Shown piece by piece: positions 19,439 through 29,500 of a stretch of DNA of 64,000 bases; position 1 is the first letter of the stretch, and every line of letters begins with the position of its first letter. The DNA lies in NCBI GenBank assembly GCA_000165345.1, contig CM000432.1, positions 160,001 through 224,000 of the forward strand. The letters run 5' to 3'. Below the pieces are notes generated by a model. It saw only the letters and a list, made by a program, of their open reading frames with translations, made no database searches and had not been told where the DNA came from. Made by a program: the position numbers and the translations under genes.

Positions 19439-22255
19439 TTAGAACTTATTTTTTCTTGTATATTGCATTTGATTTTGGTATTGGAAATTAGTATTATCTC
19501 CTATATTATTATTAATATAATTCCCTTGAACAGACTTACCACATAAACCATCTTGTCTCATGTATGTGCCATTGGGACATTGATATGTTGGATCCATTAC
19601 TCCAACACATTTACCTTCAGATTGGGTATATCCTGATGGACAACTAAGTATGAATGGAGCAAATTCAAGAGCAGCACATTGACCAATATTTGATAAAGGC
19701 CTTACAGAGCCAAATAATCTTCTTCTTTGTCCAAAACCGCTAATACTTGCTAATTTTGCCATTTGCAAAGAATTGTTTTCATTGTAATAATTATTTGATG
19801 ATAGAATTCCTTCTTGAGACATATTTGAGAAAGAATTGTTCATGTTGGAGTAATTGACCACATTTCTAACTTCAGAGTATCCAGGTGGACATTGCATTTT
19901 TCCCTCAGTTGGAACAAGCTCTATACAATTTTTATGCTTACAGCTCTTCTTGTGAATATACCTACATTTATTATGTTGTGTTATTTTTCCTCCCGATAAA
20001 CAATGATATTTAAAAGGTTTCTTGATAGTTTCCATACACATATCTGCTTTATGAAGCCCAAGTGGCTCGGTTTTTTCTGGACATTCCACATTAGGCTTAA
20101 ATTCTAAATAACTTTCACAGCCTTCAATTGGACAGGTTTTTTCTATTGTTTCTAGGCAAAAGTCTCCCATTAAAGTCGAACTATCATCCAAACATCTTTT
20201 TTCTATAGGTTGAGTCACTTTAGAGACACATTTTGGCTTTTCTTTAATGTTTGAGATCACTTTAATACTATGATGAGTGCCATGATGATGATTTGAAATC
20301 AACATTCTTTTATTATAACTGGCTGTTTCAAGAATATCATCTCCTGTAAAAATTTCACTTCCGAAAGGGCATTTCCATTCAGGGCCAGACATTTTTGCTA
20401 TATTTCTACAGTTTTCACTTCTACACACTGGATTTTTAGTTTCAATGCATTCATATTGGCCAAATTCATTAGTTCTTAGCTCAAAGTTATCTGAACATTG
20501 ATAGAGAGGATTCATTTTCTTTTCTCTGGGATTTTCTTCTCCTTTTGGGATACATTTTGGAAGTCTGGTTGTTGAGCTCTCGGATAATAAGTAGCCTTCT
20601 GAGCATTTGTACAAGATAGAATCAATGTTTTGCTGCTCACATCTACCACTTCTCAATTTGTAATCAGTTGGACAACTAAAGTTTGGCATAACTGAACTAA
20701 TTTTAATGCATTTCCTCTTATCAGTAGACTGTGAACCATTATGGCAGACATACGTAGCTGGAGCTGTTTCTACGTTAACACACATTTTGGGTATGTATTC
20801 TGGTATCTCAACACATTGATGTACTATTTTAGTACTTTCTCTGGGAACAATATAATCACGATGATGTCCATGGTGATGATTTCCATGATTAAGCATCATA
20901 TTCAAATTTCTAGTCTCTAAAACGACTTCTTCTCTATTAATATCTATTCCAGTTTCAGTATCATAGCTAGTACACTTTTTCTTGTATTGAGTAATTGAAC
21001 AATCCTTTTCTATCTTTCTCTCACATACTTGAGTTTGTAAATTCAATACAAATCTTGGAGGACAAGTAACAATTGGATCAATTTCAATCTCTCTCTTGCA
21101 TTGATTATCAACTTGATCAAAGATATATCCCTCTGGACAATCAACATTCGGGCTCATGCTTTGATTCTTTACACAATATTGGCCAACAATAACTGCATCT
21201 GGATCCATACAATATGAAAGTGGGTTAATTTCAATAATTTGTCTCTCCTGAAGATAACATAAACCATTTCTATGTATATATCCGTCATTACAACGAGGAA
21301 TTGCTGATTCCTTTTTTATACACTTTCTAACACTTTCAACAAATACAAAACCGATTGGACATTGTTGTGGAATTTCTTCTTTTATTAAATAGCAAATATC
21401 TTCTCCTGAATGATCTTTTTCCATAATCATTCCAGCAGGACATTCGGAAATAGGCTGCATAAATTCTTCTTTCTGACAATAATGTCGTGATTCTAAAGTT
21501 GGATATGCACCTTGAATTGATGAATCTCGTTTAACATCTTTCAATAAATAACCTTCTGGACAGAATATTTCTGGTCTTGACTTTTGATTACATGATCCTT
21601 TACCATTATCTGATGATCCCTCTGGACATATTGGCTTATGAAATACCTTAACCCTACAAACTGGAGACTTTGAACCATCGTCATTGTACTCTTTTTCACC
21701 ATCCAAAAATGCTACATTTGATGTATAGCTAGACTCATCCTGTTCATGAATTGCTCGAATAGATAAAGGTATCTCACGGCAACTATATTCTTTCTTAACC
21801 AATTTTTTAATATAGCATCCATCATCTCTTTCTTCCTCATTTACCCCACAATTCATTTCTGCTTCCTTTAATTTATAACAATCACCATTTCCATCTTCAA
21901 TATATCCTGCTTCGCACTTTGGAGTTTCTCTATTTTCTATATAACATGCCTGAGTGCGCTTGTCATATCTAGTGTTTTCTGGGCACGTCAAAACCTTATC
22001 TGTATGTACATTTTTACTACATTGAGTTGCTCCTGGTGAAGATTTAAATCCCTCAGGACAAGATTTCAACAATTGCTCAGTTACAATACAACCGTTTTCT
22101 TGCTCTGAAAATATTCCGTTATGTGGACAGTTTGGAATAGGGCTAACTAAACAATCAATTCCATTACATATCGCACCATTTGCACTGACAAGGGTATTTG
22201 TTTTGATCCAAATCCCTAATAGCAATATATATAAAATCAAATTAAAAGGAAGCAT
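19439..22255 (-). CDS. Secreted cysteine-rich, histidine-motif protein resembling the Cryptosporidium oocyst wall protein (COWP) family
   Basis: It has an N-terminal signal peptide (MLPFNLILYILLLGIWIKTNTLVSA). More than 15 repeats of the pattern C-P-x-G-[YF] with conserved Cys spacing occur along the protein (CPEGF, CPEGYLLKD, CPAGMIM, CPIGFVF, CNDGYIHRNGLC, CPEGYIFDQVDNQC, CPPGYSEV, CPSGYTQSEGKC, CPNGTYMRQDGLC). Two His clusters are present (HGNHHHGHH and NHHHGTHH). The start is an ATG. Confidence 0.45.
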   Translation of the reverse strand: MLPFNLILYILLLGIWIKTNTLVSANGAICNGIDCLVSPIPNCPHNGIFSEQENGCIVTEQLLKSCPEGFKSSPGATQCSKNVHTDKVLTCPENTRYDKRTQACYIENRETPKCEAGYIEDGNGDCYKLKEAEMNCGVNEEERDDGCYIKKLVKKEYSCREIPLSIRAIHEQDESSYTSNVAFLDGEKEYNDDGSKSPVCRVKVFHKPICPEGSSDNGKGSCNQKSRPEIFCPEGYLLKDVKRDSSIQGAYPTLESRHYCQKEEFMQPISECPAGMIMEKDHSGEDICYLIKEEIPQQCPIGFVFVESVRKCIKKESAIPRCNDGYIHRNGLCYLQERQIIEINPLSYCMDPDAVIVGQYCVKNQSMSPNVDCPEGYIFDQVDNQCKREIEIDPIVTCPPRFVLNLQTQVCERKIEKDCSITQYKKKCTSYDTETGIDINREEVVLETRNLNMMLNHGNHHHGHHRDYIVPRESTKIVHQCVEIPEYIPKMCVNVETAPATYVCHNGSQSTDKRKCIKISSVMPNFSCPTDYKLRSGRCEQQNIDSILYKCSEGYLLSESSTTRLPKCIPKGEENPREKKMNPLYQCSDNFELRTNEFGQYECIETKNPVCRSENCRNIAKMSGPEWKCPFGSEIFTGDDILETASYNKRMLISNHHHGTHHSIKVISNIKEKPKCVSKVTQPIEKRCLDDSSTLMGDFCLETIEKTCPIEGCESYLEFKPNVECPEKTEPLGLHKADMCMETIKKPFKYHCLSGGKITQHNKCRYIHKKSCKHKNCIELVPTEGKMQCPPGYSEVRNVVNYSNMNNSFSNMSQEGILSSNNYYNENNSLQMAKLASISGFGQRRRLFGSVRPLSNIGQCAALEFAPFILSCPSGYTQSEGKCVGVMDPTYQCPNGTYMRQDGLCGKSVQGNYINNNIGDNTNFQYQNQMQYTRKNKF

Positions 22256-22781
22256 AGAAAATAGAAATTTTACACCATTTATTATTATTCTACATTACGA
22301 ATTTTATTTGTTCTATTAATATTCTCTATTACGTGGCAGGCCATACATGCAAAATGTCATGCATGTATTTAGCGCGGATTCGAGCCTATATGTGTACTTA
22401 AATTTTCAATAGTAAGAATGGTGTATATTATTTAAAAAAAAAAAAAGGGAGAATAGATTTACAAACAAAACAATAAAAGTATTAGACAATTATTTATGCC
22501 AAATCAGAAATCCGGGTTTTAGCCACTTTTGTTCTAGGGTTAAATAATTTTTAGCAACAATATAATAATCCATAGTATGATTATTGTGAGTATTCATATT
22601 TGCATGTTCCTTTAAATATTTATTACATTTTCCTTTATCAACATAGAATTTATATTTCGAAAAGTATTGCATTCTACAACCCTTTAAAAGCGAGTATCCT
22701 AATATCCAATTTTTCCTTCCACCTTTCTTTCTTACCTTTCTTTCCCTATTAGATTGGAATGCACAATGCAATTCCAAATGC

Positions 22782-24863
22782 TTAAGTTACTTGTTTATTT
22801 TCCTGTTCTGAAGTACCTTGTAGTTGTAATTCCTTTTCTGCCCGAGTGTTCACCAGAGATTCATTGGAATTAACATGATTTACCTGCTTTTGCAATCTAA
22901 CATTTGTATTATTAATGCTGTTGGACTGCATTTGACCTGTATTAGTTGTAGTGGTAGACAGACTTATATTATTTTGAAATTGATTTCCCAATACATTAGG
23001 ATTCGGAATAATTGAAGGCATAATTGGGGTATACGAACCCATAAAAGGCATAGTGTATCCATAAGGTGAGTACCAACCTGAATAAGCAGCAGCCATGGCA
23101 GCCATATAGTCTGCATGGTAATTACTTGGGATATTTGTACCACAAATAGTAATGCTAGAAGAAGGCATTGCTTTAGTTTCTTGTCCTGGCATAATTGCAC
23201 CATATTGATCTAATGTAGATTCAGCAATATTCTTTACAGTGTTGGAAGGAACAGTTTGAACAGAACCTTTAAAACTTCCAACATTCAAAGCAGCACATTG
23301 CAATTTTTCAGCATCCGATTCTTCTGATTTATTTGACTCTAATCCAGTAAAAGGGGCTAATCCATATTGTGAAAACAAAAATGGGTTTGCACGGATTGCA
23401 GCATTAGCATAATTACCACCTGAATTTGACGATATTGCAAGATTGGCAGCAGTTGCATACGCAACCTGTTGTTGCAAATAGTAATTTGCCATTTGAGCAT
23501 GCTGTAAAGCAACCAGAGTATTATAATCCATACCAACAAAAGGATTTGTGGAGGCAGCAGAAGAGCTTTGATCCATAAAAGTCGAGCTAAGCTGACTTTG
23601 ATTTGTAGGAAAGAAACTCAAGTCAGAAGAATCAAGAGTTTCTGTCTTAGAGTTAGGTTTAAATCTTTTAGATGATACTGTGGTTGTGCTGGTTGATGGG
23701 TTCATATATGCTCCTGTAGTCTGTCTCTCTACAAGACGATCGGAATCAATTTGGTTTGCCATAAGTGCCAAAAATAAATCATCAGAAGAAACATTTTCTC
23801 CAATTGTAGAAGCTACGGGAATTGTGGCGGAAAATTTAGATTCATTTTGGTTTGCATTAGAGCTCTGCTTATGCTTGGCTGTCACATATTCTCTGGCAGA
23901 TGTGATAGGGCTAGTAATCCCAGCAGCATTCCCTTCACTGCTATCCATTTTCTTAATAATCTCGCCATATAATGTCGCAGGATTAATATTAGAAGTATTA
24001 TAATGAGACCAAACCTCATCATCACTTTCAGGAGCAGGAAAATGAAGCATAATTCCTTTAGTTCTTCTTGCTTCCTTGAGCGCTTGAGACCCAACATAAG
24101 GTTCCTCCCCCTCTTCATCACTCTCAGAAAATCTAAAATGTTTTAGATGGCTTCTTCTATGCAATGGACTGTTAATCAACAAAAATCGAATGGCAGCCTT
24201 TTCTGCATCCCTAACAGTGGCGTATGGCTTGTTCGGCCCTACATAAAAACTCTTGGAATACTTTCTGGTAGCCCATGTAAACCTAGCATAAACCCTGCTT
24301 TCTTTATCTTTCCAATATACTCCAATTTGATTATATTTTAGCTGTCTTGAACCAGCCTCGTGATTTGCTGCCGAACGACGACCTGATTTAGAAGTGCTTT
24401 GTGTTGAATGCACTAACTCTTCAGCTCCTGTATCAATACTAATAGGATGAATATCAAAAGCAGATTGCTCTTCTGGCTTTTCTTTAGAATCTTTATTTGG
24501 AAGAACATCCTCCGTTTTTGAATCTTCAGTTTGTATATCTTCTGAGTTATTTACCCCAGCAACAGAAAGAACACTATTTGAATCACAAAGTTCATTAGTA
24601 GTTATAGTAGTTGTCAGACATGAATCGTCATCTTCAACGTAAGAACCACTTTTGCTAATTGTAATTGGCTTTGTAATATTATACTCATATATACCTGCAT
24701 TTGTAGCATCAATTGGAATGGTATTACCTTCTTGCCCCAAGTCCAAAAATACCTTTTGATCACTAGAAAGTGGATTCACAGCCTTAATCATTTTTGAGAA
24801 GTTTTCTTCTGCTTCGTTTTCCATCTTTTCTTGACTTACTCCTATTTCTAGTTGCCTTTCCAA
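22782..24863 (-). CDS. ApiAP2-domain transcription factor (single AP2 domain plus long low-complexity region)
   Basis: The AP2/ERF fold is recognisable in KYNQIGVYWKDKESRVYARFTWATRKYSKSFYVGPNKPYATVRDAEKAAIRFLL. The rest of the protein is S/T/N/Q-rich. The first codon at 24863 is TTG, not ATG; the first in-frame ATG is at 24825 (MENEAEEN), or there is an upstream exon. Confidence 0.6.
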   Translation of the reverse strand: MERQLEIGVSQEKMENEAEENFSKMIKAVNPLSSDQKVFLDLGQEGNTIPIDATNAGIYEYNITKPITISKSGSYVEDDDSCLTTTITTNELCDSNSVLSVAGVNNSEDIQTEDSKTEDVLPNKDSKEKPEEQSAFDIHPISIDTGAEELVHSTQSTSKSGRRSAANHEAGSRQLKYNQIGVYWKDKESRVYARFTWATRKYSKSFYVGPNKPYATVRDAEKAAIRFLLINSPLHRRSHLKHFRFSESDEEGEEPYVGSQALKEARRTKGIMLHFPAPESDDEVWSHYNTSNINPATLYGEIIKKMDSSEGNAAGITSPITSAREYVTAKHKQSSNANQNESKFSATIPVASTIGENVSSDDLFLALMANQIDSDRLVERQTTGAYMNPSTSTTTVSSKRFKPNSKTETLDSSDLSFFPTNQSQLSSTFMDQSSSAASTNPFVGMDYNTLVALQHAQMANYYLQQQVAYATAANLAISSNSGGNYANAAIRANPFLFSQYGLAPFTGLESNKSEESDAEKLQCAALNVGSFKGSVQTVPSNTVKNIAESTLDQYGAIMPGQETKAMPSSSITICGTNIPSNYHADYMAAMAAAYSGWYSPYGYTMPFMGSYTPIMPSIIPNPNVLGNQFQNNISLSTTTTNTGQMQSNSINNTNVRLQKQVNHVNSNESLVNTRAEKELQLQGTSEQENKQVT

Positions 24864-25358
24864 TTCGCTGATAAAGTTACTAACTAGAATGGCTAGTAAT
24901 ACCTTCTTTTTATCAAATAAATTGACTCAGAAATTAATAAATATTACACAGATCTCTGTTTATGATGTTTTCCTTAGTTTAACCAACACATAAAGAAACA
25001 CACACATTCACACTCCTGTGGGGTAGAAAATCTGGTTTTTCTTCGTGATTGAGCCACTTTTACTCACTTGACTAATCTTCACAGAAAGAGTAATGAACAC
25101 AAGTGCTATTACTTGATTAATAAAGTAAAAAAGCCAATCTATTGAATATTTTCTTCTTTTTTATTTTCTTGAATCTCCAAAATCTATTTATGAATTCTCA
25201 GTTCTAACCTGCTTTTCCTGCGAAAAAATGCTTATCACCTTACTCTCACTTCAAATTCCGCTCCTCCTACCCTGGTATCTTCACCAATATCTTCCTTTCT
25301 TGATCTTTTGGTTCAGAACCTATGGATTTTTATGAAATGAATGGTACCGATACCACAC

Positions 25359-25418
25359 GTGAGCAGATTTAGCATGCTATTAATGTGGGCAACACGTGGA
25401 TAGGGCGGTAAAAATTGA
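25359..25418. promoter_or_regulatory. Paired CACGTG boxes flanking a GCATGC core, followed by GGGCGGTAAAA, in the 1.6 kb AP2/PNO divergent intergenic region
   Basis: In ccacacgtgagcagatttagcatgctattaatgtgggcaacacgtggatagggcggtaaaaa, the two CACGTG boxes lie 38 bp apart, with GCATGC between them and an E2F-like GGGCGG downstream. Confidence 0.4.
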
Positions 25419-26504
25419 ATCCAATAATTTTATTTTATCTAACGTATAGTAATCTTCTTACTAATTATAATAAATTATTAATTTCAAATATATATATTTA
25501 TAATATACTTTTTCACAGATTTCACTGGCCAGACTTTTATTTATTTTTTCCCCCCAAAAAATTATAATTGCATTTTTTGTTCCGATTTTTTTTTTTGAAA
25601 AAATATTTTAAAATTGAAAAAGTAATAAAAAAAAATTTCACACGTCATTCATTTCTGATTTATCCTAAAAAATATTTTCGTATCATTTTTGCTTATGTGT
25701 CGGTATATTTACCGGACTGTCCACATAACACATACGTGTTTTTTTCCCCATGCATACATGCATGCGAAACATTACATGCAATATATTTGTTTAGAGTTTA
25801 GTATAAAGCACAATAATTTTTTTTAAAATATTCGCAAGTCCTACGTAATCTGTAAGTGAAACAAATTTCTTTTAGCTATTAAATTTAGAAGATATTTTAC
25901 TTATGTTTAGTACAAAATCTATTTTTATAGGATAATAAAAATAAATTCTTTACACTTGAATTTCTATAATTTTTTGTTTTAACTAATTTGATAGTTTATG
26001 AAAAAATGGTAGCTATTATATTTCCACCAAAATTTGAATTCAAATTTCAATTAGAAAAAAAAACTATTTACTTATCCAGATCTGTTCACAAGTATAACTT
26101 AAACCAAATAAAGGTATTTAGATGAGCTCTTTTCTACTGTTCTATTATATTTTAAAGAAAAACAAATAATTAGCTTAATCATTTTACTTCACAAATAATC
26201 TAATAATTTAATCGTAAAATTTAAAAAATAACTTTTAGCGGCAAAAATAGTCAAACATGTCGAGGGAGGGGACACATTGAGATTTTTGACTTCTCGTAAA
26301 AAAGTAAAGAATCGAGAATGAGGGAAAGGAATTAAATAAAAGAAAATCATTATTAAGAATTATTAAAACATTGAACAAAATTTGAGAAGTATCCCTATTT
26401 AAATAGAATAAAGACCGACACGTTTTATAATACTATGAATAAGGCCCGAAAGTAAGAAAAGAAAGAATTGTAAAGTATATTAGGATTGATAAATAACATT
26501 TACT

Positions 26505-29500
26505 ATGGGTGAAAAAGAAATAGTAGATGGGTGTGTAGCTGCTTGCCACATTGCATATGCTTGCTCTGAGGTGGCATTTACATATCCAATCACTCCCTCT
26601 AGTACAATTTCTGAGGTCGCAGACTCATGGATGTCTCGTGGACGACGAAATATTTTTGATCAAGTTGTATCAGTTGTTGAAATGCAGAGCGAAATGGGTT
26701 CTGCAGGCGCATTACATGGATCTTTGTCTGTTGGTTGCTCCACAACAACTTTTACTGCTTCACAAGGGTTATTGTTAATGATTCCAAATATGTACAAAAT
26801 TGCTGGTGAGCTTTGGCCATGCGTATTTCATGTTACAGCCAGAGCTATCGCTACATCTTCACTCTCTATTTTCGGAGACCACAATGATATTATGGCTGCC
26901 AGACAAACTGGCTGGGCTTTTTTGGGAGCTATGACAGTACAGGAAGTTATGGATTTGGCATTGGTCTCACATGTGAGTACATTTGAGTGTAGCGTTCCCT
27001 TTGTTAACTTCTTTGATGGATTCAGAACATCTCACGAATTACAGAAAATTGATATGATTAGTTATGAAACTATTAAGAAGATTTTTCCATATGAAAAACT
27101 TAAAGAGTTCAGAGAAAGAGCATTAAATCCAACACACCCAACTCTAAGAGGTACCGCTACAAGCTCGGATGTCTATTTTCAACTTGCTGAGGCAAGAAAT
27201 AAATATTACGAATCTACTCCAGATATTGTTCAGAGTGTTATGGACCGTTTGGCTAAATTGATTGGTAGAAGCTATCACCTTTTTGACTACTATGGCCACC
27301 CTGATGCTGAGTTTTTAATCGTTGTAATGGGTTCAGGCGGTCTCACAATTGAGGAGATGATTGATTATCTAATGGAGAAGAGTAATGAAAAGGTTGGCAT
27401 GATCAAGGTTAGGCTTTTTAGACCTTGGTCTATTGATGCTTTTGTTAAAAAGATTCCAAAGACTACGAAAAGAATTACTGTTTTGGAAAGGTGCAAAGAA
27501 AGTGGCTCTCTTGGTGAACCACTTTGTCTGGATGTATCTACCAGCATTATGAGATCCGAACTTTCTAGTAATAATATTTTGGTATTAGGTGGAAGATATG
27601 GTCTAGCAAGCAAAGAGTTTACTCCAGGAATGGCTTTAGCAGTCTGGGAAAACATGATAAGTGAAAAACCAATCAATAATTTCTCTGTTGGAATTGATGA
27701 CGATGTCACATTTAAATCTCTCTTTGTTAGGCAACCAAGGTTGGATTTACTTACTAGCGAAACTAAGCAATGCCTCTTTTGGGGTCTCGGCTCTGATGGT
27801 ACCGTTTCTGCTAATAAAAATGCTATCAAGATCATTGGAGAGTCTACAGATCTTCAGGTTCAGGGTTACTTTGCATATGATGCAAAGAAAGCTGGCGGAG
27901 CTACCATGAGCCATCTTAGGTTTGGCCCAAAACCCATTAAATCTGCCTATTTACTTCAAAGATGTGATTATGTTGCAGTACACCACCCATCATATGTTCA
28001 CAAGTTTGATGTATTAGAGAATATTAAGCAAGGTGGTTGCTTCGTACTTAATTGCCCTTGGAGTACATTGGAGGAGCTTAATCATGAGCTTCCTTCGAAG
28101 ATCAAACATCAAATTGCATCTAGAGATGTTAAATTCTACGTTATTGACGCTCAAAGGATTGCTCAGGAGTCTAATCTTGGAAGAAGAATTAATAATATAC
28201 TTATGGTTGTCTTTTTCAGTTTGACAAATATCATTCCCTTAGACCTCGCAATTAAGCTTGTAAAGGAAGCAATTAAAAAAACATACGGAAAAAAGGGAGA
28301 TGCTGTTGTTAATTCCAACTGGAAGGCTGTTGACCTTACCTTAGAGTCTTTGATTCAGATATCGTATGACAAGTCTCAGTGGATAAGCAAAGACAAATGC
28401 GGAGAAAAATCACTTCCAGCTACAGCTGTTGAAACGGGGAATAAAGACCAAGAAATAACTAAATCCACAGTTCTAAAGCAAAAACCGGAACATGACGTAA
28501 ATCAATTCGTAAAAGATATATTAGGACCAGTTAATGCCTTAAAAGGAGACGAACTTCCGGTTTCTATGTTTGATCCTACCGGCACTGTTCCTCTTGGTAC
28601 TACTGCATATGAAAAAAGAGGCATTGCCATGTCCATTCCTATTGTTGATATGAATAAATGCACTCAGTGCAATTATTGTTCAATAGTCTGTCCACATGCA
28701 GCCATTCGTCCATTCTTATTAGATGAGGCAGAATTTAAGAATGCACCCGAAACAATGCATATACCAAAAGCCAAGGGCGGTCAGGAATTCTCATCATATT
28801 ACTATCGAATTCAGGTAACTCCACTTGATTGTACTGGTTGTGAGTTATGCGTACATGCATGCCCGGATGATGCACTTCATATGGAAGGCCTGCAAAAGAT
28901 GGAAGCAGTGGAGAAAACTCACTGGGATTATTTAATTGGTCTTCCAAATAAGGCTGAAAAGTTTGATAGAACAACAGTAAAGGGTTCACAGTTCCAGCAA
29001 CCTCTTCTTGAGTTTTCTGCAGCATGCGAAGGATGCGGAGAAACACCTTATGTAAAGTTATTGACACAACTTTTTGGCGAAAGAATGGTTATAGCAAATG
29101 CAACAGGTTGCTCTTCAATTTGGGGAGCATCTTATCCTTCAGTACCATATACAAAGAACCAGAAAGGATATGGACCAGCTTGGGGTAATTCTCTTTTTGA
29201 AGATAATGCGGAATACGGATTAGGAATGGTTGTAGGATATAGACAAAGAAGGGATAGATTTAGAGAGTTAGTTTCCAATGAGATTTTGAAGGATATTACT
29301 GAAGAGGAAGAGTTTTTAAAAGATGACAACGCCTCAGTTCAAGGTAGGAACGAGATTATTACTAAATATGATCATTTGAAGGATTATTTAAGGTCTTGGC
29401 TTAAGAACATTAGGAATGGTGAAGCATGCCAGAGCTTATTTGAAGAAATATCAAAGTTGCTTGAGGATAATTTGATTAATAGTAATAATTTTGCTCAGGT

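Noticed and set aside
22361-22395. Possible tRNA T-arm-like sequence gcgcggattcgagcc
   Set aside because: There is no acceptor stem, D-arm or anticodon arm in the flanking sequence. It more likely belongs to the GC-rich promoter cluster of the COWP-like gene.
25568-25801. 77-aa ORF in the AP2/PNO intergenic region
   Set aside because: It is poly-Phe/Lys-rich AT-rich translation overlapping the CATGCATACATGCATGC regulatory element and has no domain. It is more plausibly promoter or UTR.
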